Origin: Paraglomus brasilianum
Lineage: Eukaryota
Assembly: GCA_910592345.1 (NCBI GenBank)
Contig: CAJVPI010000009.1
Span: 62,001-95,387 of the forward strand
Direction: 5' to 3'
DNA length: 33,387 nucleotides
Position 1 is the first letter of the stretch; the number at the start of each line of letters is the position of its first letter. A program made the position numbers and the translations under genes. Shown piece by piece: positions 11,810-22,547 of the stretch. The notes under the pieces are model-generated. The model did not search any database. It had not been told where the DNA came from and was given only the letters and a program-made list of their open reading frames with translations.

Positions 11810-12722
11810 GGGGTTACCATTTTCATTGAAGATTGATCACAATGTTGCAGACCCATCTGGTACAACCATAAAGTATTCTTGGCCTGATGTATTAATATTA
11901 ATGGGAAGTTGGAAATTTCACTGACTTATGACTTGAACACACATAAGAGAATATATGGTAAGATGAGAATTCCTGTATTTGAGTTTCAATGAACTGTACT
12001 GACATGAAGCAGGTTCTTGTCTCTTCACTCAACCTGTTCCAAGTAATATCACTGGCCAACCAGATCAGAAATTTCTAGAAATAATAATACATATATATTA
12101 TTATCAGAAGATAGTGTCTTAAAAGAAATGCAGGATTTTGAAAATTATTGGTAAGAATCTTAAGTCTGCTTTTGTTTGTAGATAACTAATATATCATGTG
12201 TCTTAGTTATATTGACTTTAACAAAGAAGGTCCAAGAATACAAAACTCAAAAAAGAGAAAAGTTCAGTAGGGATCAGGAGTACTTTATTCAAGTGCTAAA
12301 TTTAGCAGAAAATTACCGAACTCCCCGTGCTTATCCCTGTATATCATCATCAACGGCCTAGTAATGAGAATCAATTGCATATTGCAATAAGATCAGTACT
12401 AAGTGGTTTAAATGAACTTCATAGGCAAGGCATGTTATCATTTGTGTAACTGTTTATTGTTCTGTCACTGTTATTTGTAAACGTGTTGTGCACCGTGATA
12501 TCCGTTGGGATAACATTCTAAGACACAACGAAACTTGACCGTTTAACAGATTATGAACACTCGGACCCACATTTCAACTGCATAATTGGCCTTTCAATGT
12601 AACAGAAGGATACAGCAAAAAGTGTCACCTTTACTTGGTTGGGAAATTGCTTGATGAATTTATGTTTGAGCTTTCAACTGCAGATAGAAGAATTAAAGAA
12701 CGTTTAAAGAATCAATTGTGAT
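11810..12722 (+). pseudogene. Decayed protein kinase-like gene, probably of the Crinkler-type nuclease-kinase family
   Basis: AIRSVLSGLNELHRQG (about 12384-12430), VVHRDIRWDNIL (about 12485-12520), LTDYEHSG-like and LYLVGKLL segments. Upstream DHNVADPSGTTIKYSWPDVLI resembles CRN PD-(D/E)xK-like segments. Many stops and frameshifts. Confidence 0.65.
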
Positions 12723-13204
12723 AGATGAGTGGTTTAAAACAGAAGTGTGCATACAATAGTAATAATAGCATAGTGCTGAGAATAAAGTTTCACAGAATTA
12801 TTGAATGTATTTGAGTTTATTACAAGCAATTGATTTGACTTATTGTTGATGCTATTTAAACTGTAGTGTTTAGATTTACACAAAATCATGTCCCATGACT
12901 AGTATGTCGATTACACGTCGAACTATATATAATACTGTAATAGAATCGGTTTTTTATGGGTTTAACGTGACGGGTGTCGACTTTGAAACATTGGATGCTT
13001 TCAAATGATATATGAAATAATGGGATCGTTTTCAATTTGATCAGAACTGGCAATAATTTATTTGGTATAAACTTTTATGTGAGACAGACTTTGTCATTGA
13101 GTGTATGTTGAATTACTATATTATACGATGTCTAACATTTTCTGTGACAAAATTTCCATTTTAGTTCAACAATAACTTTACCCCTTTTGTACTTGGAATC
13201 ATTC

Positions 13205-16140
13205 TTATCCTTGTGTAGGTCCAAACGCTCTGCTCATCTTTTTTGCACGTGCATTCTTACGATCATGATGGCCTGACCGGCTTTTGTTTCCTCTAGATCC
13301 ACGAGATGCTGGCTGGGTCTGTTGTTTATCCGTCCCAGAGTCGCTAGGAGAAGATTTTCCCTTTTCAACCGTTTTTCGCTGATGCTGGTGACTATCGGAT
13401 CGTGACTTGCCTCTTCTTACGTCTCTGCCTCTATAATTTCCCCTAATACTCGGGCCAGCAAAAGTGGATGAGCCTTCTTCATCAGAAGTGGCGGAAGAGA
13501 TTTCGCTCTGTTCGCCGTGCCACTCATATTTGTCAAGTAGTTTGTCCCTTCTCGGCTAATAAAGGAAGCACACGCAAATATAGAAAAAACGGATCAGTAC
13601 ATTAGACCGTCTCAGTCATGATCGAACAATTGTAACGGTTACTCTATAAACTTCGAATTGCATACATTTCTCTGGAACATGGTAAACCACCCCTCTATTT
13701 GTTCGTCGGTCATCTGAGTAATCTTCTTTAACTGCATTCTCTTGCCTGTCTTTCTAGCAGCAGACGTTCTCTCAAAGACTGATTTATTCTCTTTATATGC
13801 CTTAATCAATTCAGCGCTATGCACAACGGCAGGATCGACCTGTGGTAATTATAATAGATTGTCTTAGGAATATACGATAAAACACCACAAATCGTGCGAC
13901 AATTCTTACATATTCTTTGGATTGCGATTCGGCTAACGCATTGGGCCCTTCTTCATCCAAGTCATCTAGCATGTGTAATTCAACGCCTTGTACATGTATT
14001 GCACTAGTATCGTAAGTGTCGTCGTATTCATCCTCATAATCATTGTAGGCTGCTTCAATTATGGCATTCTTATATGTATCGACAAATGACTTATCGTCCA
14101 ACAATGTTTCAGCAGTGCCACGACTAATGCAATAAGAAAAATGTGAGAACTAGAAATCAAATTGAAAGAGTTGGCATATTCAGAGTCGTAAAGTACGATC
14201 TTATTCAATGATCACTTGAACGGATAATGGATAGTGCATACTCTTTCTTTCCTTTGTTAACGTCAAATTCATCATTCTCAAAGATATTCCTTCGATTGGA
14301 AAGTGGACTTTTCTCGGGCATGGAAGGCGATGATACTCGTGGCTGTCTATAACATAATGTTAAATATGAGAAGATATATAGCGGAATAGATTCGCTAGAA
14401 TGTATATACAATAATCCCTACCGTGGCATTAATCGATCTAGTTTATCAAGTTCTTCGGGCAACGAACCTTCTAAAATTCGATGAATTACCGTCTCAACAT
14501 CGTCGCCGAACGCACCAAGACAAGCATCAATGAATCCTTCTCCAAAATCGGGAAATACATCTTGCACTTGAAATATGAGAGATATGCGTCTAACATCCTC
14601 TTCGACAACGTCGTGCTAGTCAATTGAGAGAATGCAAAAAAGTATGCTAGCTAGTGTTAGAAACTATTTGTTAGTAATACTAGCACTTAACTAACAATAG
14701 TGATTGATAGTTAATGATCCAATAAAGATTTTATCAACCTTATTATTATCGACTGAAGCGATGCTATTAGCATATTTTTCGTTTGCGACATCATCTGCTG
14801 GTCGCGTAGATAGTCGCCTGAATTTCTCCGCTCTTTTACGTCTTAAAGGTATACCCTGAACCATATCTCTCATGGATTCCAATGACATTATCGCATATTC
14901 TATGCGTTCATCATGCGTGTGACAAATTAAGAATATTATTATATAGTTATAGATATATTATAAATCAACGAACATTGCGCGTTTTATCAAAAGGATATCC
15001 ATGAAGAATATCGTTTTTTATTCTTGTAAGCTTCTGACTCAAATTAAATTCCATCTCGATATCCAGGAGAAGAGGTGCATCCACAAATGTCTGAACAGAT
15101 TTAAACGACTCTGAACGTTCAATAAACGAGAAGAGAATATCATTGAGGCTATTGACTATCACATTAGCATTGTCATCATCACTGTATTGATTCCCGTTAC
15201 CCAACGTCGATGTAATCGTATCGACTTCGCCAGTCGTAAATCCTAACGGGACGAAGAAACACTCATACAGTAAACGATAAATACATGAAGCTAAGGCTTG
15301 CTTCAATATATTGACATCTCTTGTGATCTCAACTACTGCATTAGGCCCCTGTATTAAACCCAAAACTATGGGCAATGTTGCATCATATAGATTCCTAATA
15401 ACGGATATAAAATCTTCGTCTTCGTTAACATGAGATCTATTAATAAATAACTTGGTAACAGTGTCTGATGCTGTAAACAGACAATCCATCGTTATTGCTA
15501 TATCCATCATCAAGAAGATGTAACCACGCATCTCTTCTAAGGCTGCCATCAATACTTCAGCGTTATCATTCAGGTCTACTACCAGTGATGATACTTTTTC
15601 ACAAGCTTGTTGTACAGACATAACATGATCAATTATAACGTTCGAATATTCCTTAAAATCATGTGGCAACGCAGGTATAATGTCAATCACATTCTCGACA
15701 AACTGTCTCGAATAGCCACGATTAGATTTAGCATATATTATTACAAAATCTAACAGGAATGGAACGGAAAACAGTTTCGTGTTGTAGAGACTTTCCGCAA
15801 GAGTTATGGATTCATACATGATACTGCGCTCAACGGATCGTAATAGTACTGCCAAGACTTTCTTCTCTAGCTCTGTTACTTGCTGAGGCATCGAATCACT
15901 AGTGGTCTCGTGAATCTTGGCGCGTATTTGAAGAAAGGTCTCGAGAAATTTCTTCAAAGAGGCATTTTCACATAATTGAATGGCGAATTGCTCGTCGTCT
16001 GATTTGAGCAGAAGAGACAGAGACACGGTCCAAAGTTTTAACGCGCTATCCCATTCAGAGTCTGTTATCTGAGTACTTATTTGAGGTTGGACATATGGCG
16101 GCAACAAAAACGTATGTGTAGAATCGCTTCCTAAGGCCAT
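13205..16140 (-). CDS. CUE3: CUE-domain protein Cue3/Rqt3/ASCC2 homolog (ribosome quality-control trigger complex); exons 16140-14999, 14916-14739, 14615-14422, 14346-14242, 14123-13910, 13839-13666, 13555-13205
   Basis: CUE domain ISLIFQVQDVFPDFGEGFIDACLGAFGDDVETVIHRILEGSLPEEL; RRNIFENDEFD; YEDEYDDTYD; EQIEGW; basic C-terminus HHDRKNARAKKM. Splice phases are consistent. The intron 2 donor (GTTGAT) is weak and less certain. Confidence 0.88.
14917..14998 (-). other. U12-type (minor spliceosome) AT-AC intron, 82 nt, intron 1 of CUE3/ASCC2
   Basis: 5' site ATATCCTTT (canonical U12 consensus), branch-like TTCTTAAT at 14933-14926, 3' end CAC about 10 nt later. Removal gives in-frame LHG-HDERIEYAIMSL. 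Confidence 0.85.
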
Positions 16141-16300
16141 GCCGAGAAAAAGGACACGCTCTCGTAGTGAACGAGAAAATTGTGTTTTGAGGCGAAGTAT
16201 AATAATAACAAATTTACTGTGTACACGTGAACACAGGGAATAGTTCTGCGCATCACACGTTTCTTGTAACCACTGCTGTTAGTCTCCAGACTGTAGACCG
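16141..16300. promoter_or_regulatory. Compact divergent (bidirectional) promoter region between CUE3 and TAF13
   Basis: The head-to-head ATGs are only 160 bp apart. The region contains CACGTG (16224-16229) and a second CACGT near 16256. Confidence 0.55.
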
Positions 16301-16825
16301 ATGGAAGTAAGAAGAGGACGTCCGCCGAAAGAAAAGAAGGGCCTCTTCGCCAAAGACTGTTAGTTGCGATTTCCCTCTGATCGAACTTGTATGGGTGATG
16401 TATTAAACCTTTAACAAGCCGTCCACGTTATAGTAAGGTTGTTGATGTATGGCTTCGGGGATGTAGTTAATCCTGCGCCTGACACTGTAAATGTCCTGGA
16501 AGAGATGGTTATTGACTATATTACAGATATGGTAAGTCTCGCAATCTTAAAAACTATGTGCGGTTTACTCGGCTATCGCGCAAATCGTACGTTTTTGTTG
16601 AGTTTGCTTCTTTTTCTTTAGTGTCTGAAAGCGGCGCAATCTGCTGATAATAAGGTAAAAGTAAAGGTGGATGATTTCAAGTTTATCCTTCGTCATGATA
16701 CAAAAAAACTTGCTCGCGTGGAGGAATTGCTGTACATGAGCGAGGATATCAAGCGGGCCAGACAGTCGTTTGATGTTAATGAAGTAGAAAGACCAATAAA
16801 AAAGAATGACATGGAAGATGCGTGA
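16301..16825 (+). CDS. TAF13: TFIID subunit 13 (TFIID-18kDa histone-fold); exons 16301-16358, 16434-16531, 16622-16825
   Basis: LFAKDLRLLMYGFGDVVNPAPDTVNVLEEMVIDYITDMC ... KVDDFKFILRHDTKKLARVEELLYMSEDIKRARQSFD. Two GT-AG introns, both in phase. Confidence 0.93.
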
Positions 16826-17392
16826 TTCGTAAACTATTACCATACCCAACAGACACGTAGCAGCGAAATACGGCTTGGGGTCAGAGCTTGTTGATTTAAG
16901 CATTATTGTATACTTTATTCGAGTGAAATGTATCCGGTATGTTAAAAAGCATTATTTCGAAATCTTATGAAGAGAATCATGGCTTTCTTTCGCGAATGTA
17001 TCTACGAAACCGAGGCTCTTTAGATAATATTACCGATCTGTGTTTCATCGATGGCTTCAATTAATATTAAATAGAAGAATTTGTTTGAAAGCTGATTTTA
17101 TACATGGACGTTTACACTAAATTAAGGTTCAATCAACTCGAGTGGACGAAGTACAAAAGTCAACGCTCATGTTTCATATTCAATGCATGCTCATTACATT
17201 GAATAGCGAAAGCTATATCTTGTTGTATGTGTACCAAGTCTTCTGGGGAGCATGTTGGTTAACCAGACAATGATATCACAAACGCGTATAATTTTAAATC
17301 ATATTACTTTAATGTTGAATAAAGATATTTGTTATCGATATTGTTTACCAAAACTGCAAAATACAATATCGTCAAGAAAAATGTATTGCAAT

Positions 17393-18459
17393 TTAATGAG
17401 TCTTCCGTTTACTCAAGTATTTCTTTCTCTGATATATCATATGAGTATACATCATGTAAAAACCTATTATCGAATATACGTGTCAACATCACAAACTCAA
17501 CAAAGTAAAACTTTGACAATTGTCTCTCTCAGTTACCTGGCGGATAAGACAGCAAAACGCCAATCCGGACATAATAATAAATATTGTACTTATCGAACTC
17601 GATGGAATACGGAAGTGACACATACTCGAGAATAGCTTCACTTCCTGCTCCTAAAGGGTACAACACAAAGAAGAAAGTATATCTACACCACAGCAACCAT
17701 GCGGGCTGTTTTTTGGCAATATTGAGGCCATAATACAAGTATCGGATTATTTCAGTCACGCTCCATGCAATGGTCATCGTAGTCAGTGCCCAGTGACCCC
17801 GCACCTACAAGAAAGATGAAGAAAATTTAAATAATTGGAATGTAGTTGATTAAAGCAATACAATCAGTCAACTGACCTCAGGGAAGGGCGCAAGTATTCC
17901 CCATACAAGATAAAGGCGAGAAGTTACTTGAATCACTGTAGTAGTGAGTGGAGTTTTCACCAAACCTATCGCGCATATCAGATCGCATATTAATAAAACT
18001 CGGCATTCTCATTCTCAATTCAATCACTTTAATTCGGTTTCTACAACTTACCGAGAACCACGTGAATAACCTTCGCTCATTGCGTTGTCACGAGTAAAGT
18101 TAGTTCTCTAAATAGTTATAGTAAACCCATCCCTCTTCCATTCCAATCATTACCTCTAGAATCGCCCCTGTTTGAACATAAGCCAGTACTTCTCTCACAT
18201 CGTTGTGTACTACTGTAAAATCTCCTTCAGAATTCAACAATGATATGAGGGCTAGGTAAAAGACGCAGCCCCAGGCTACGAATGACGCCGCGTTGTATAA
18301 GAATAAGTACGCATCAATGACGTCTTTAACTCCTAAAGACAAAGAATATTAATTATGCATGATGACGTTATGTTAACAAATGTGCAATTTGGTGTTGGTC
18401 TCGTTCTTACCAGACTGCTTTTTTGTTCGAGAAGACCCGGCTCGTGTTTTATTAGGCAT
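17393..18459 (-). CDS. PHS1: Very-long-chain 3-hydroxyacyl-CoA dehydratase (PTPLA/HACD); exons 18459-18411, 18332-18154, 18070-18052, 17965-17877, 17804-17537, 17463-17393
   Basis: YLFLYN, QTGAILEVIH, QVTSR, AWSVTEIIRYLYY, the catalytic segment RYTFFFVLYPLGAGSE, YTHMIYQRKKYL, and a C-terminal KRKTH ER-retrieval-like signal. Confidence 0.93.
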
Positions 18460-18754
18460 ATCAACTTCTATTGTGTTTGATCAAAGAGAAAGAGTTTTTG
18501 CATCTGGTTGACATTCTATATGTAGTTCACAGTCTCATGTGAATGCACTACAAATTTGGGAATTGAATTCCGGTTTCTTTAGTGACGTAATGTCAATTAT
18601 TATCCGCAAAAATGCGTATATTAATATCTTAAAAAAAAGGAAAAAGGGAAAAAAAAAAATTTTTTTTTCCTCATTTTACATTAATACCGAAATAAGTCCG
18701 TGCACGGCTCGACTGCATAATCACTCGCAGCCATAAACATTATATACGAGCGAA
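18460..18754. promoter_or_regulatory. Divergent promoter region between PHS1 and eRF3 with a poly(dA:dT) tract
   Basis: 295 bp between the head-to-head ATGs. A-tracts run into a T-tract at about 18631-18668. CRE-like TGACGTAA near 18583. Confidence 0.5.
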
Positions 18755-21645
18755 ATGAGTGACGAGGGAAACAATATCGCACTAGTAAAGGAAAACTGGG
18801 AAGAGGAAGCTGATCATGAAGCGATCTTGGCGCAGAAAATGTCAAAAGCGACCTTGAATGTGCATGCAAAAGAGTTCAAGCCTAATGTACATGCGAAGGA
18901 ATTTGTACCGAGTTGGTTACAGAATGGTTCGTGCAATTTGTAATGTATTCTACTATCGTATTTTCGTCAGTTTACTACTTGGCTGATTAACCTGGGAACA
19001 ATATTTTGGTCAAAGAAAAAGGCGCGCAAACGATCAATTAAGACTGCAGCCGAGATTCGCTCGAAACCAGCTTTAATCGATATTAATAACCTTATCGTTT
19101 ATTTTTCATTTTTGTAGCGGAACCCGCGAAACAGTCAGAAAGCATGAGATCAGAATCAGCGTCGCCCAATCGTGCCCCTACACCCACGAAACCAAAGAAA
19201 GATGATAAAAAAGAAGAGAAAGTAGAGACTGCGGCAGCTGCGGAGGCAGTAAAGGTTGAGGAGGAAGAAGAGGTTGATGCTGAAATTTTAGAAGAAATGT
19301 TCGGCAAGGAACATCTCAACATAGTGTTTATCGGACATGTAGGTTCGTAGGTGGAGAGGGCAGCGTGATTGGGAATGTTTGAATTTTTTGATTGCTTACA
19401 TAGTGATTAAAATCTTGCATTATTTATTTTAGACGCTGGAAAGTCAACCATGGGTGGTAATCTATTGTAAGTCATTAATGGCAAAGGGTTTTGAAACTTT
19501 TGATTAGATGTAGTCATTGTTTGAATATAATCACTACTTCTTTGAGTGAATATCTTACAATTGATATTGTCTAGGTATCTTACTGGCATGGTTGACCAAA
19601 GAACGATGGAAAAGTATGAAAAAGAAGCAAAGGAACAGGGTCGTGAATCATGGTATTTATCATGGGCCCTTGATACCAATAAAGAAGAACGTGCAAAGGT
19701 TTGTTAGGTTATGCTTGCGTTCGTAGTATTGGATTTTTTGGGGGATAAAACCCAACAGATTTACTAATTGGTCAATATCAGCTCTAACAAAATTAATGGA
19801 AATTATAGGGAAAAACCGTAGAATGTGGTCGTGCTTATTTCGAAACGGAAAAACGAAAATATACCATTCTTGATGCACCTGGACATAAAAACTTTGTCCC
19901 AAATATGATCGGTGGAGCATCACAAGCGGATGTGGGCGTATTGGTAATATTTTGCAAAGAACTGTAGTTCCAATGTATCATGACCAGATTTGTCTTATGC
20001 TCACTTTGATATTTGTATACAAGGTTATCTCTGCTCGTAGGGGCGAATTTGAAACGGGCTTTGAAAGAGGCGGTCAAACGCGCGAGCATGCTATTTTAGG
20101 AAGGACGTCTGGCGTCAACAAGCTAATTGTAGCAATAAACAAGATGGACGACCCTACCGTTAATTGGTCTAAAGAGAGGTAATAACAATCTGGAATAACA
20201 AGTTAGAATTTATTGAATATTGTACATATAATTTTATTTATAAAATATTTTGCTATCAAAGATACGACGAATGTGTCTCTAAACTTACGCCCTTTTTGAG
20301 GGGGACCGGATATAACCTTGCAACAGGTAATAGAATCTGACGGCAATAACTTATTTATAGCAGTGTACCGTAACTCAGTCTCAATAACAACGTTCTTGTT
20401 GTCGTGTCGTTTTCGGACCTCAGATATTACATTTATGCCTGTATCTGGTTTCACTGGTGCCAATCTCAAAGAACGTTCGGCTGAAGGCGTGTGCCCTTGG
20501 TACAGGTAACCATCTTAATTTTATTTATAATCAGCTTAATTTATCCTTCTCTTTGCCGTAACAGCGATGCAAATAACAAACTTCGCAAGAGGCAAATATT
20601 AGGTGATAAAAATGACTTGATTTCAATAAGCTGTAGCTTATGAGTCTCACCGTTGTTGACAGTGGGCTTGTATTTCTGTATTAGCGGTCCTTCACTGTTG
20701 GAGCATTTAGACAATATGCAGGCACTAGACAGAAAGATCGATGCACCACTGATGATGCCGATCACGGAAAAGTATAAAGATATGGGAACTATTGTTGTCG
20801 GGAAAATTGAGTCTGGGAAAGTGAAAAAGGGGCAGACTGTCTTAGTAATGCCTAACAGGGTAAATATCACTTACGCGTTCAACTTGATTGAGATTTCGAT
20901 AGTATCTTATTGGCTACAAATTGATAGCGTGCTGTTGAAGTTGCGGCTGTTTATAATGAAATTGAAGACGAAATACCGCATGCCATTTGTGGAGATAACG
21001 TTCGATTGCGATTACGGGGCATTGAGGAAGAGGTTTGGTTTTCATAAAATGAGCTATGATTATTATCACGTGTTATGTAGTATGTTTATTGTATTTTTAT
21101 GTATAGGATGTTTCGACGGGATTTGTAATATGCGATAAGAACAACTCTATCCACGTGGCAACTACATTTGAAGCCCAATTAGCAATTCTTGAACATAAGA
21201 ATATTATATGCGCAGGATACGGTGCCGTCTTGCACGTACATGCATTGGTAGAAGAAATCTCCGTTGCTGTAAGAAATCTTTTGAATTGTAAGGTCGTGTT
21301 GTATCTCTCGTTGTTCTCTCTATATAATACAACTCTATTCATTATTTCTTTAGGCGCTGTTGCATCTAATCGATAAGAAGACTGGACGAAAATCCAAGCG
21401 TCCCCCTCAATTTATTAAAAAGGGACAGAAAGTAATTGCACGACTTGAGACATCCGGGCCTATTTGTATAGAAGCGTTTGATGATTACCCTCAATTGGGG
21501 CGGTTTACTTTGCGTGATGAAGGTTAGTTCATTCAACAATATTTGGTGTAATTGAAATATAATGCAAATTCTCAATGTTTGTATATTGTTTCCGTTTACA
21601 GGTAAAACAATTGCTATTGGCAAAATTACTAAAGTCATTGACTAA
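18755..21645 (+). CDS. SUP35: Eukaryotic release factor 3 GTPase; 13 exons: 18755-18926, 19118-19342, 19433-19466, 19575-19698, 19809-19943, 20024-20178, 20262-20326, 20424-20505, 20685-20859, 20928-21032, 21107-21268, 21354-21522, 21602-21645
   Basis: [85 protein letters not shown] and [17 protein letters not shown]. Tandem PAM2 motifs at the N-terminus. All introns are GT-AG and in phase. Confidence 0.96.
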
Positions 21646-22419
21646 ATGAATACAGTTTTAGTCATTTGATTAAGAATAAAGTAGAAACCTAATATAAATT
21701 TAATAAAGTTTACTTGCATCTGATATGCGCGCTTGGATTGTGGGACATTTAATAATTACATGAATTTCCATTACAAGTGAACATTTGAGTCGATCGTGGC
21801 GACAAAGTGACAGTAAAGCATACTACCTCATTTGCGCATGTTTTAGTTACGGCTTTCGGTTTAACGAGGCATACTTTTTGGATTGCCATCTGGAGACCAA
21901 ATTGAAAAAAGGTGACGGTCAAGTCACAGCAGCTCGAACACAAAATCCACAATAATACGTAGAGTTAATATTAAGTAAATACCTGTAAATCCATAGAGTT
22001 ATTCCGAGATAGCATATCACGACCCAAGTTCACTGAACCCCGATTCAGCCTTGAATTGCCAGTTATGTAAAAGTCCATTAATTCTTTAGCAGACAAGTCA
22101 CAGCACTTCCAGAATTCCAAAAATTTAAGAGGGGATACCAAGACAGATCAGACTTTACAGAAATTGCGTCGCCCGTGAAATCACAAATGAGGATATGACG
22201 GCAGCTATACTGCTTGGCAGGCGATCCGGAATCCCCAAGAAAACAGGAAAACTGTTATTTTAAGCAACAGTACAGTCAAATTGTCTCCGCAGTAAATCAT
22301 CCCTCGAAATAAGAATGCCTAACCCAGTCGTGACTAACATAATTAATACTGATCATAAAAGCATTAATAAGCTTTGGCAATTCCATTGCCATTAAATGTA
22401 ATTTCAATTACTACTGTGT

Positions 22420-22482
22420 CGGGAGTAGAAAAATATGAACAAAAAGCAGTTGAATTGTATCAAAAAGCAGTTGAACAAGAAA
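22420..22482 (+). pseudogene. SEL1-like repeat remnant
   Basis: GVEKYEQKAVELYQKAVEQ matches the SEL1 repeat pattern GVxKDxxKAxExYxKAAEQG. No intact gene surrounds it. Confidence 0.55.
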
Positions 22483-22547
22483 TAAGTGTTGTATCAAAAG
22501 ATACAGTAATTGCAAACAGAAGAATGTTTTTATGGTATGTTCCGTCT

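Noticed and set aside
14965..16140. Treating the 391-aa ORF as a standalone gene
   Set aside because: It is exon 1 of CUE3/ASCC2 read through into the AT-AC intron.
21750..22330. Coding-like composition between eRF3 and the PPR gene
   Set aside because: No consistent frame, splice model or family could be identified by eye.
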